64,000 nt of DNA from Candidatus Poribacteria bacterium. Lineage in GTDB: Bacteria; Poribacteria; WGA-4E; JAJDTR01. Shown piece by piece: positions 30,322 to 38,891 of this stretch. The notes under the pieces are model-generated. The model searched no databases and was not told the origin of the DNA. It worked only from the letters and a program-made list of their open reading frames with translations. Location of the stretch: the NCBI GenBank assembly GCA_965222225.1, contig CBDCTK010000002.1, positions 4,320,001 through 4,384,000 on the forward strand, written 5' to 3'. Both the position numbers and the translations under genes were made by a program. Each line of letters begins with the position of its first letter. Within the stretch, counting starts at the first letter, position 1.

Positions 30322-30723
30322 TTGGAGCATTTGAAGATGATTCAAACCGTCATAAACCGATTGGCATGGAACAGTCTCTTGATTAAAGGCTGGAGCATGA
30401 CGCTCATAGTGGCTATGGTGTTGGTCGCGAGGAAGGATGTGGAAAACCCATATTTTGTCATTCCCCTAATTCTTCCCGCCCTAGTATTCTGGTTTTTGGA
30501 CGGATATTTCCTGCAGCAAGAAAGGTTGTTTAGAAAATTGTACGACGAGATTAGAGGCGAATGCGACACGGATTACAATATGGGTGTTGGTAGGTACAAC
30601 ACTGAAGTACGTTGGTTAAAGACAACCTTTTCAAGGACGTTAATTCCTTTCTATTTGATGGAGATTGCCATAGTAGTTTTTCTGTTTTTTGTAGTTGGCG
30701 CGAACACTTCTCCGACGACATAA
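30322..30723 (+). CDS. Small multi-TM protein (HL.MIQ.VI.R...NS..IKGW family)
   Basis: 'FWFLDGYFLQQERLFRKLYD' and ~3 TM segments; start uncertain. Confidence 0.65.
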   Translation: MEHLKMIQTVINRLAWNSLLIKGWSMTLIVAMVLVARKDVENPYFVIPLILPALVFWFLDGYFLQQERLFRKLYDEIRGECDTDYNMGVGRYNTEVRWLKTTFSRTLIPFYLMEIAIVVFLFFVVGANTSPTT

Positions 30724-31184
30724 CCAGCTCGTTATACAGAGGCACAATGAATTCAGCTTTAGAGGAGTCACCGCCGCACACGTGACCAGGACTCACGGGG
30801 CTTCCTCTCGCTTGGAGTCTGGAGCATCAAAGCCTGCGCCGTTACATTCAGTAACGTTAAAATCCCGCTGATAATCCGCAACAAGCACTACAAACACGAA
30901 GCAATATATTCCTCAATCGCCATCATGACCGGCCTACATCTATAATCTCAAAAAACTGCAATTCGCTGGCCTTGCGATCCTGATTCGTTTTTTTAACTCC
31001 GACAGACATGAATTGTGGTTAATTACAAGACTGTACAGTAACGTGGACAAATTCCGTGGTATTTCCAGTGCGCGATGGGCCCGATACTGCTTGGCGACCC
31101 GCGGACACTCCTAGAGAACTGAGCCCTGACTTTCGAGACGTTTAGCCAAGCGAATGAATTGGGTTAGAATAAGGAGAGATAGAG

Positions 31185-31928
31185 ATGAAACGGATTTTGT
31201 TTACTTTTGTTGTAGTGGTTACAGCACTTAATCTAGCGATTGCGCAAACGGGTAAAATCTATCCGGTGACAATAAATTCCGCTGAGCAGGTGTATGATGG
31301 TGACACCATTCAAGATGTAATGCTTAAAGTCTCGGATGCGTCTACTGCGTATGGTGAAGTGTGGCCGGGGGTTTATAAGCGTCCAGATGGAATCTATGTC
31401 AAGTTTGATTTACGCATAAATGGGATAGATACCCCGGAAATACGCCCAAGTCTAAAATCCCGCGATGGTACATCAAGGACAAAAGCTAGTCGTGATGCAG
31501 AAAAGAACATGGCATTGCAGGCAAGGTTGTTTGTAATTGACGTGCTTAAAACCAACAGTAATCGATTTAGCGTAGAGAATCCAAAGTTAGGTAAATATGC
31601 CGGACGTATGGTTGCTGATGTGAAGGTCGGCGAAATCAATCTTGCGGATTACCTTCTACAATCTGGTCTCGCCAAACCCTACAACGGAGGACAAAAGCCT
31701 TCATGGGACAAAAGCATCAACACCGCACGGCAAACTAGCAAGGTAACAAGACAACACGTCGGCCAAGCCCAACAAGAAAGCACCTCGTCCGAAAGTGTAT
31801 ACATTACAGGAAAAGGAAAAAAATATCATAGGAAGGGGTGTCGCTACCTGAAACACGACATCAAAATGCTGACACCGCAAAAAACGGAGAAAAATGGGTA
31901 TTCGCCTTGCTCCGTTTGCAACCCGTAA
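31185..31928 (+). CDS. Secreted thermonuclease (SNase) with C-terminal Ada-like metal-binding motif
   Basis: Signal peptide, 'VYDGDTI', 'RINGIDTPE', 'GKYAGR', 'GLAKPY'; 'VYITGKGKKYH..GCRYL...GY.PC.VC.P'. Confidence 0.88.
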   Translation: MKRILFTFVVVVTALNLAIAQTGKIYPVTINSAEQVYDGDTIQDVMLKVSDASTAYGEVWPGVYKRPDGIYVKFDLRINGIDTPEIRPSLKSRDGTSRTKASRDAEKNMALQARLFVIDVLKTNSNRFSVENPKLGKYAGRMVADVKVGEINLADYLLQSGLAKPYNGGQKPSWDKSINTARQTSKVTRQHVGQAQQESTSSESVYITGKGKKYHRKGCRYLKHDIKMLTPQKTEKNGYSPCSVCNP

Positions 31929-32223
31929 TGAATTACTCTGTCGTTGGTTAAGTTGCGGAGTCAAATCACGGATTATAGATGGCAAGCGATTTGGGGAAGG
32001 TTGCACGCACCGCCGTCCGATGAATGACCCTCGTTGTACTCACTGACACGATTGAAACACTCCCTTTCGGACTGGTGGCAAGCCCCGACGGCTATTCCGA
32101 GTTTCATCAAGTGGCTACAGGAGAACGCACGCTTTCGCGCGGATATGAAATACAAGGGCGGATCGCTTCGATTAACCGAGCCGGATATTCAAGTCCAACT
32201 ATAGAAGGTAAGGAGATTTTCCG

Positions 32224-32745
32224 ATGAAACTACTTTTACTCATTGCCGCTTTGATAAGCCTGTCGTCCTGCGCTTCAATTGAAAATCTTGGTCAAGCCCT
32301 TGGTGGTGGCGGGGTGGAACCCGTCGACGGCAAATACTACATAGAATTGACGTATTTTAAAGAATCGACGACCAAACACCACTTCAAGGGGAAGTCCCCC
32401 GCACAGGTTATGAAGAATCTCTCTGAAAATGCCTTTCTTAGAGAACAGCCGAAATATCTTTCTCGTGGTCGCGCCCAGGCGTATTATTACTGCCTTGACT
32501 CACCCCGGTTTGTTCGCTATGTCCAGCTACATACGGCAGCCCCGATAAAGAACATCGATGTCTATGTCTGGGAGGGGGAGAACTGGGTGATTGTCCGTCA
32601 ACTGTCAAAACCGATTAGCGCTAAAACTCGTATCGGCATCAATAGGCGCACGAGCGCTATTCGTGTTGTCCAAAAGACCGTGGACCTGGGACGAAAGCCG
32701 ATGGACAGGATTACGGACTTTGATGTATACGTCCAGAAAAAGTGA
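32224..32745 (+). CDS. Hypothetical lipoprotein
   Basis: Lipobox 'LSSC' after a hydrophobic leader; AAGGAG SD. Confidence 0.7.
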   Translation: MKLLLLIAALISLSSCASIENLGQALGGGGVEPVDGKYYIELTYFKESTTKHHFKGKSPAQVMKNLSENAFLREQPKYLSRGRAQAYYYCLDSPRFVRYVQLHTAAPIKNIDVYVWEGENWVIVRQLSKPISAKTRIGINRRTSAIRVVQKTVDLGRKPMDRITDFDVYVQKK

Positions 32746-33031
32746 GGATAGGCAAAAGGAACAACATCGATGAGTAAACTTCAAGACCTCGCCGCTCTCA
32801 TGCGCGATTCATCCGAACAACGAAGAAAAGGAGGTGATGATCGGTCTCCGTTCTCAGAGCGTCAGACGCCAAGACAAGCGCCGCGGTCGAGAGAAAGACG
32901 TTGACCTCACCGCCGTGTGCGATCACTGTCACGCCATGCTCCACCGAAAGTACGATCAACGCCGGTTGCGTTCTTTCTCGACTCACCCTCCCCTTTTGCT
33001 AACTTATACCGATGTTACTTCGATACCCTTG

Positions 33032-33229
33032 TCAGGGAGCGCAAGGATATAATCGGACGGATCTTTGTCGTCGTCCGTCCGTGTCGATCCGTTCGCTTTG
33101 CTTATAGTCCGCCAAAAAAGTCTCAATGATTCGCCGCATCGTTTGACCAACGGTCCTGTCGGTTTGCTCGGCAACCTCGCGTAACTCCTCGAGCACTTGC
33201 GGCGGCAATCGAAGAGAGCACACTTTCAT
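33032..33229 (-). CDS. Ribbon-helix-helix (CopG-like) DNA-binding protein
   Basis: 'VCSLRLPPQVLEELREVAEQTDRTVGQTMRRIIETFL' fits beta-alpha-alpha; GAGGT SD. Confidence 0.65.
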   Translation of the reverse strand: MKVCSLRLPPQVLEELREVAEQTDRTVGQTMRRIIETFLADYKQSERIDTDGRRQRSVRLYPCAP

Positions 33230-33482
33230 TACCTCGTCCTTTTCCTTTTTCGGGCGTCCGCGTATTGGCTCGCTCGTTTTTTCCCCCGCGTCTCCGTTGC
33301 CGGCTTTACCGCCCTTCCATTTTACCCTATCCCTCGCTCCAGTGCAAACCGTTAGAATTAACGTAATTTTTCGTATACTTTTATGTTGACGCTCTCAACC
33401 ACCATTACTTATAATTCCCGTTGAGCCAACAAAACTTCCCCGACAATACACTACTAACATTTTGCGACTATAATGAATCTCC

Positions 33483-33531
33483 TCTCCTTTACTTCCCATC
33501 TTTGAAACGGGCGATTGCGCCCCGTTCCGCC
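33483..33531. repeat. 49-bp direct repeat, copy 1 (recombinase 3' end + stop + SD)
   Basis: tctcctttacttcccatctttgaaacgggcgattgcgccccgttccgcc; 47/49 identical to 34888-34936. Confidence 0.92.
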
Positions 33532-34421
33532 ATTTCCGCCTTCGCGTAATGCGCCGGCATGTCCGCAGACTTCCATCTGCCCGCCGTCTGCATGTCCACA
33601 ACCGACGCCCCCGCCCGTGCCAATGATACCGCAGACCCTACACGGAGCGAGTGTCCACTGATGAATCCTTCCACGCCGGCTTCGGCAGACCACCGCTTGA
33701 TTGCGTCTCTCGCTCCGTTTGCCGTCAATCTGCCTTTGCCCAGGTGTTGCTGGTATCGCACTCTCCGGAACAATGCGCCGCGATCGATTCCCGACTTCCG
33801 CAGGTAACGCTTAATCACCCGCCGCGTGGATTCGCAGATATACAACGCCTCGCCGCGACCTTCCTGATCGGTCTTACTAGACTTGATCCGGAGCGTACTC
33901 CCCTTGATGTCCCCGACATTGACCGCAACCACTTCCGAGATACGCAACAGGCAATCGCTCATCAGGTTAATCAGCACAGAATCCCTCAGCCCCGCCAACG
34001 TCCGAGACGCTTCTGCGAAACTGGAGACCCGCTCCACATCCTTCCATGTCAACCCGTCCACTTGACCGCGACCGCGTTCCTTGCCTTCGCGCCGTATCCC
34101 CGCCAGTGTCCGCAAGGTGATTGCCCCTACCACATCCGGACGATCGATATTCTTGGCTTGCCACTTGACCGCCGCCACAACTTGAGCAATCGTGCTAGGG
34201 GCTTTGCCGCACTGGTGGAGTTGCGTGATGTATTCGGCAACCACGGCGTCTTTGAGAGGTTCGCTATTCGCTCGCTTCATTGCATACAGCCATGCGTTCA
34301 ACTCCACTAACGCCCTTCGATACGCTTTGAGCGTGTTATCCGATACGCCGGCTTTGATCAACTCCTTCGTGTCCACACTGATTGCGACTGCGTTCTTTTG
34401 CCCGATTGCCAATGCGTCCAT
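33489..34421 (-). CDS. Cre-like tyrosine recombinase, intact
   Basis: N-terminal 'S.NT.KAY' core-binding domain; catalytic R (LLRISE), K (SKTDQ), HSLR, Cre-type W (GRWKS), Y (HYA). Confidence 0.92.
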   Translation of the reverse strand: MDALAIGQKNAVAISVDTKELIKAGVSDNTLKAYRRALVELNAWLYAMKRANSEPLKDAVVAEYITQLHQCGKAPSTIAQVVAAVKWQAKNIDRPDVVGAITLRTLAGIRREGKERGRGQVDGLTWKDVERVSSFAEASRTLAGLRDSVLINLMSDCLLRISEVVAVNVGDIKGSTLRIKSSKTDQEGRGEALYICESTRRVIKRYLRKSGIDRGALFRRVRYQQHLGKGRLTANGARDAIKRWSAEAGVEGFISGHSLRVGSAVSLARAGASVVDMQTAGRWKSADMPAHYAKAEMAERGAIARFKDGK

Positions 34422-34437
34422 GATCCACCCCCCCCCG

Positions 34438-34881
34438 TTAATCCGACAACCAGATTTGTCCGTTCTTGCCGTTCAGCATGACAAACCCGTTATTCTTGTC
34501 AACGCCCATCAATGCGCCGCGGTCGATCGATGGGTTCTTGTCATTAACCGCGACGAACCCGCCATGCCCTCCGATCGACATCCGAGCGTCGCCTTTGTGT
34601 CCCGCGACATTGATTCGCCCTCCGGTTTTATCGATGGTCATGATCGCGACGCCCTTCTCGCCATATACTACGACACTCCCGCCGTGTTCTTCGCTATTGA
34701 TGACAACGCTGGCGTAGCCGTCCGCACCTCGCACTCTAACCTCATCACAGGTTATCGTCCCAAACTCCGCATCCTTCACATCGTTTTGCGCTCCGAGTGG
34801 CGCGAACGAACCCGCCGCCATCACCAGAACCGCCCCGACAACGCCACCAATTATCGCCGCATAGATCGCGTCTTGTTTCAT
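34438..34881 (-). CDS. Membrane-anchored 'FGxITC' beta-repeat protein, paralog 1
   Basis: N-terminal TM, 'EFGTITC', repeated 'EHGG.V.V.G.KG' strands; its SD lies inside repeat copy 2. Confidence 0.75.
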   Translation of the reverse strand: MKQDAIYAAIIGGVVGAVLVMAAGSFAPLGAQNDVKDAEFGTITCDEVRVRGADGYASVVINSEEHGGSVVVYGEKGVAIMTIDKTGGRINVAGHKGDARMSIGGHGGFVAVNDKNPSIDRGALMGVDKNNGFVMLNGKNGQIWLSD

Positions 34882-34887
34882 CTGTTT

Positions 34888-34936
34888 TCTCCTTTACTTT
34901 CCATCTTTGAAACGGGCGATCGCGCCCCGTTCCGCC
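34888..34936. repeat. 49-bp direct repeat, copy 2
   Basis: tctcctttactttccatctttgaaacgggcgatcgcgccccgttccgcc. Confidence 0.92.
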
Positions 34937-35556
34937 CGCTCTATTATTTTAGCTAATCGCCGTGTTACCCACACCATCAGCAGCACAATGGCGAGCAAGC
35001 CAAATGCTTGTCCGCCACTTTCTCGTCCTTCCACTATCTTCGGTACCGCTTCGGTCACGGCTCGGACACTGCTGACGAGTATATCCCCCATACCGATCAC
35101 GGCGGCGCCGACCATACCGCTCCTGCCGGCACGTTTCTCTTGGGTCTCCCACCACTCTTTCGTTACCGGTCTCCAATCCCCCTCGATGGCAGACTCGCCG
35201 AACCGCTTGGGCGCGTCGGCGTAACGGCGCAGCCTAGCCGTGCCTTGCCCAATCCGCTGTCGCGCTTCGTTGTAGGTATGCCCTTCGCCCATCTCGTCGA
35301 AGATGAACTCCGCATCGCCGATAGAGAGTTCGCCCGATATCAGACGGCTCGCCAAGTCCTGTCCGTCCGGGTGTTCGTCCCACCACTTGTCAAGGTCCAT
35401 ATCCGCAAAGTTCTTGCCGGTGGTATCCGATTCTGGCATTGGATTTACTTGCTCAACTGCGCTCGGTTCGTTGAGCAGCGAAATGCAGGTCCCGATGATT
35501 ATTCCGACCAGCACGCCGCCTGCTATCCTGTAATACAGTCGCACTCTTGGCTTCAT
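34894..35556 (-). CDS. Membrane protein ending in the recombinase's last 13 residues (AERGAIARFKDGK)
   Basis: N-terminal and C-terminal hydrophobic helices; GGAGGTG SD; C-terminus encoded by repeat copy 2. Confidence 0.7.
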   Translation of the reverse strand: MKPRVRLYYRIAGGVLVGIIIGTCISLLNEPSAVEQVNPMPESDTTGKNFADMDLDKWWDEHPDGQDLASRLISGELSIGDAEFIFDEMGEGHTYNEARQRIGQGTARLRRYADAPKRFGESAIEGDWRPVTKEWWETQEKRAGRSGMVGAAVIGMGDILVSSVRAVTEAVPKIVEGRESGGQAFGLLAIVLLMVWVTRRLAKIIERAERGAIARFKDGK

Positions 35557-35624
35557 GATTCCATCACCTCCATGCAGCGTGTTATTTCCTCGATAGTCTC
35601 GTTAGTTTTAAGAGCTAGATTTTT

Positions 35625-36212
35625 TCAGTCCAACGTAGCCAACTTCCCGTTCTTGTCCGTCGTCGTCACCTCTCCGTTGCCGTCTTCTTTAACACCCATT
35701 GCAGCGCCGGATTTTCCATCCTCGCCAACCACGCGGACGACACCACCATCTTTATCAACGAACATCGACGCGCCGGATATTCCTCCAGACACGCTGACAG
35801 CGCCGCCATATTCATAGATTCGCATCGACGCGCCGCTGGTTAGTGTATCCTTGTCAGCCACGTGGATGTAACCGCCGCCATAAATTCCCATTTCTGCCCT
35901 GGCTTTTCCCTCCTCGCCAACCACGCGGATGCGCCCGCCATGTTCATCAACGACCATTGACGCGCCGGTTTTTCCATCCTTGCTATAAACGCGGACGACA
36001 CCGCCCTTGCCGTATTCATCACCGCGCATTTCCGCGCCGAGCTCTCCCTCCGCGTCAACCACCTTTATCTCCCGACAGGTTATCGTTCCGAACACCGCAT
36101 CCGGAGCGTTATTAAACGCCCCGCTCGGAGAGGTCAACCCCGCCGCCAACATGCCAACCAACATCAAGAACCCACCCAACGCGATATATCCCAATTTCTC
36201 TCGGTATTTCAC
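35625..36212 (-). CDS. Membrane-anchored 'FGxITC' beta-repeat protein, paralog 2
   Basis: TM, 'VFGTITC', ~22-aa 'A.M..DEHGG.VRV...DGK' repeats, ending 'DKNGKLATLD'; AAGGAG SD. Confidence 0.78.
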   Translation of the reverse strand: MKYREKLGYIALGGFLMLVGMLAAGLTSPSGAFNNAPDAVFGTITCREIKVVDAEGELGAEMRGDEYGKGGVVRVYSKDGKTGASMVVDEHGGRIRVVGEEGKARAEMGIYGGGYIHVADKDTLTSGASMRIYEYGGAVSVSGGISGASMFVDKDGGVVRVVGEDGKSGAAMGVKEDGNGEVTTTDKNGKLATLD

Positions 36213-36225
36213 GATGCTTCTCCTT

Positions 36226-36360
36226 TCATTTCAGCGTTTCCAAGCGATAGCCGTTCTTGTCCCAAGTATTTACCGCACCGTTCCCAAACCCATTAACGCC
36301 TGTTGCGGCTCGGTTTGGTGTACATGGCAAAAGACCTGGACGCGCCCGCCATGTGCATAA
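36226..36360 (-). pseudogene. C-terminal remnant of a fourth 'FGxITC' paralog
   Basis: Manual translation AATGVNGFGNGAVNTWDKNGYRLETLK* versus AMMAVNEYGNGAVGTWDKNGYRLATLK* of 38087-38776. 'HGGRVQVF' lies upstream in a shifted frame. Confidence 0.82.
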
Positions 36361-36401
36361 TCAATCTTCTTAGCTCTTCAGAGCGCTCAATCCAAGCCGC
36401 G

Positions 36402-36728
36402 TTATCGCGTTATCTTGTAATACCCTGTGGCTGGCGACTCCAGTAGCCCGCGCCTGACAAGAGATCTACATGGGGCATTGCAGAGATGGTAGAAAACGTT
36501 GTCCCCATTCGGGTAACGCCTATTCCTCTGTTCCGTGGTAAGGGTAAACTGCTCTGCCAACGCATCCACAATTTTCTTACATCTGTGTTCTCCACCCCTT
36601 GCAACGTACCGAACGATAGCCTCTTCAATGTCACTATCCTCAGGCATATCAGGGTGTACCATCCTTTCCATAATGAATCTCCTTGTTTTAACATGATGAT
36701 GCTCCTGGGCGAACGATGGCATTACCAA
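36402..36728 (-). CDS. Stand-alone Mrr N-terminal (winged-helix) domain protein
   Basis: 'IVDALAEQFTLTTEQR....PNG..VF.......L...GLLESP..GYYKIT'; no nuclease domain follows. Confidence 0.72.
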   Translation of the reverse strand: MVMPSFAQEHHHVKTRRFIMERMVHPDMPEDSDIEEAIVRYVARGGEHRCKKIVDALAEQFTLTTEQRNRRYPNGDNVFYHLCNAPCRSLVRRGLLESPATGYYKITR

Positions 36729-37268
36729 CCCCCAGCGAGTCAGCCGACAACCTAAAATTGCGATTGTCTAAAGTAATAATTGACTATCTACGGTATCGAA
36801 GAACATAAAGCAATACCGAAAACTTTTATCCATTGCTACTTTTCACTAAAGAACCAATCAAGCGGCTGAATAAGGAGCAACCGAGTGAATAACGAGGGAT
36901 CAAAGGAATGAATAATGACTGCGATAGAAAGTCTTGATAGTGATCCCAATGAGATAGAACTCCCATAGAGGTTCCCTGCGCACCAGTCTCTAGATAGCCT
37001 TCTTCCTAGACAAGCCTGCGAACTATACGCCGGGAGCAAGCGAAATGACCAGACACTAGACTTCCCGGTTTACGCGCCGACAAAGTGAAAATGTTCTGTG
37101 AGAAATGAAAATTGAAAAAATTCTGTGTGAATTTATGTGCAGGCAAGGCTTAATATCGCAAGGGTACCCAGATCGGGGATCGCATCTCTTGGCGCGACAC
37201 GGTTGATGCTCTGAGATTGCCGACTGGGAAAAGGGAAGGCAAAGATACTGGGAAACCATCACCCATCA

Positions 37269-38073
37269 TCACTTCCCATAGAAGAACCGAGCCACCGCCC
37301 CCCGTTCCGCCAGCTCCGCCCGCGCATAATGCGCCGGCATCTTTGGACCCTTCCATCTCCCCGCCGTCTGCATATCCACCACCGAGGCCCAGCTTGCGCC
37401 AACGACACCGCAGCCCCCACACGAAGCGAGTGTCCGGAGATGAATCCCGCAACACCCGCTTCGGCAGCCCGGCGCTTAATCGCGTTCCGAGCTCCGTTCA
37501 CCGAAAGCCTATCTGGTGTGATATGCTTCTGCCAGCGCACTCTCCGGAACAGAGCGCCCTCCTCTATCCCGGCAGCTTTACGATACTTCCGAATTACTTT
37601 GTGAGTCGGAGCTCCGACATACAACGCCACGCCTTCGCCCTCCTGATCCGCCTTACTGGCGCGAACCGTGAGCACCTTGCCGATATCCTCGACGTTGACC
37701 GCGACCACCTCCGAGATTCGCAACAAGCAATCGCTCATCAGCCGCATCATCGCCGAATCCCTCAGCCCCGCCAATGTCTTGCTCGCTTCCGCAAACGAAC
37801 ACACGCGCTCCATGCCCACCCGCGTTAGCCCGTCCACCTGACCGCGGCAACCGCTTGAGCGATAGTCGCCGGCGATCTCCCCGCAGTATGCAGCTCTGCA
37901 AAATATTCCGCCAACAGCCGATCATCAAGACCCCGACCCCCCAGCCAGTTTTCCAGCTTCTTCAGTGCGTGCCGATACGCTTTCAGCGTGTTATCCGACA
38001 CACTCGCCCGAATCAGATGTGCCGTACCTACCGATACCGGCATGTTTGCTTCTACTCGTGTTAGTTGATTCAT
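37269..38073 (-). pseudogene. Second Cre-like tyrosine recombinase, disrupted
   Basis: Clearly homologous to 33489-34421. It has an internal deletion (AAV to RGQVDG) and two apparent 1-nt losses in G runs. The restored end reads HYARAELAERGAVARFFYGK*. Confidence 0.88.
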
Positions 38074-38086
38074 AATTCGCCCTCTT

Positions 38087-38776
38087 TTACTTCAACGTTG
38101 CCAATCGATACCCATTCTTATCCCAGGTGCCAACCGCGCCGTTCCCGTACTCATTCACGGCCATCATCGCTTGTCCTTCTGAATCTCCCTTGCCTTGAAC
38201 GGAGACGAATCCACCATTGTCATTGACGCCAATAATCGCCCCGCCGGTGTCCATCTCTTTGCCCACAGCACCTAGGAAACCGCCCTGCTCGTTGATTTCC
38301 ACCGATGCCTTTCCTCTGTTCTCTCCCTTGCCATAAACCGAGAGATGTCCACCGTGCTCATTAACCCCTATAACTACATGCTTTCTTAGAAGGTTGCCGT
38401 AAATTTCGACTGTTCCATCGCGCGTTTGTCCGTTCATAAATCCCAATTGTACGCTTTTAACAGAGGCGGCATCACGATTCTCCATACGGGGAAAGCACAT
38501 TATATGCCCTCCATACTCACCAGCCTCCATAAACACACCGCGGAGATACGTAGGCGTGTTCGACCAGATTCCAACAATGCCACCAGTTTCCCCAGAACCG
38601 AGCTCAACCATCGGACGCCCCGCAGGATTAATCACCTTCAACCCCGTACAAGTTATTTCCCCAAACCTATCCGATTGACCTTGCACTCCAAGCGGGAAAA
38701 ACGAACACACCACCATCGTCAACACCGCTCCAACACATCCGCCTATTACCGCATACAACCGCTCTTTTGCTTTCAT
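38087..38776 (-). CDS. Membrane-anchored 'FGxITC' beta-repeat protein, paralog 3
   Basis: TM, 'RFGEITC', 'GVNEHGG.L.V.GKG' repeats; ends 13 bp upstream of the second recombinase. Confidence 0.8.
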   Translation of the reverse strand: MKAKERLYAVIGGCVGAVLTMVVCSFFPLGVQGQSDRFGEITCTGLKVINPAGRPMVELGSGETGGIVGIWSNTPTYLRGVFMEAGEYGGHIMCFPRMENRDAASVKSVQLGFMNGQTRDGTVEIYGNLLRKHVVIGVNEHGGHLSVYGKGENRGKASVEINEQGGFLGAVGKEMDTGGAIIGVNDNGGFVSVQGKGDSEGQAMMAVNEYGNGAVGTWDKNGYRLATLK

Positions 38777-38891
38777 GCGTTTATCCTTTCATGCGAAAAC
38801 AATAATTCTTCAACTATAAATAACCGTAATCACCTAGACTCCAACTAGATGCGGTCTATTAAGAACTTTGCCCTGGCATACTACCTGCGCT

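Noticed and set aside
33559-38064. Plus-strand ORFs of 200-270 aa across the recombinase array
   Set aside because: Antisense to clearly recognisable genes, Arg/Pro/His-rich, no motifs
33483-38790. Classical integron, shufflon or diversity-generating retroelement
   Set aside because: No RYYYAAC...GTTRRRY attC pattern noted between genes, the recombinase is Cre-type, sites are direct rather than inverted, and there is no reverse transcriptase or adenine-specific TR/VR pair
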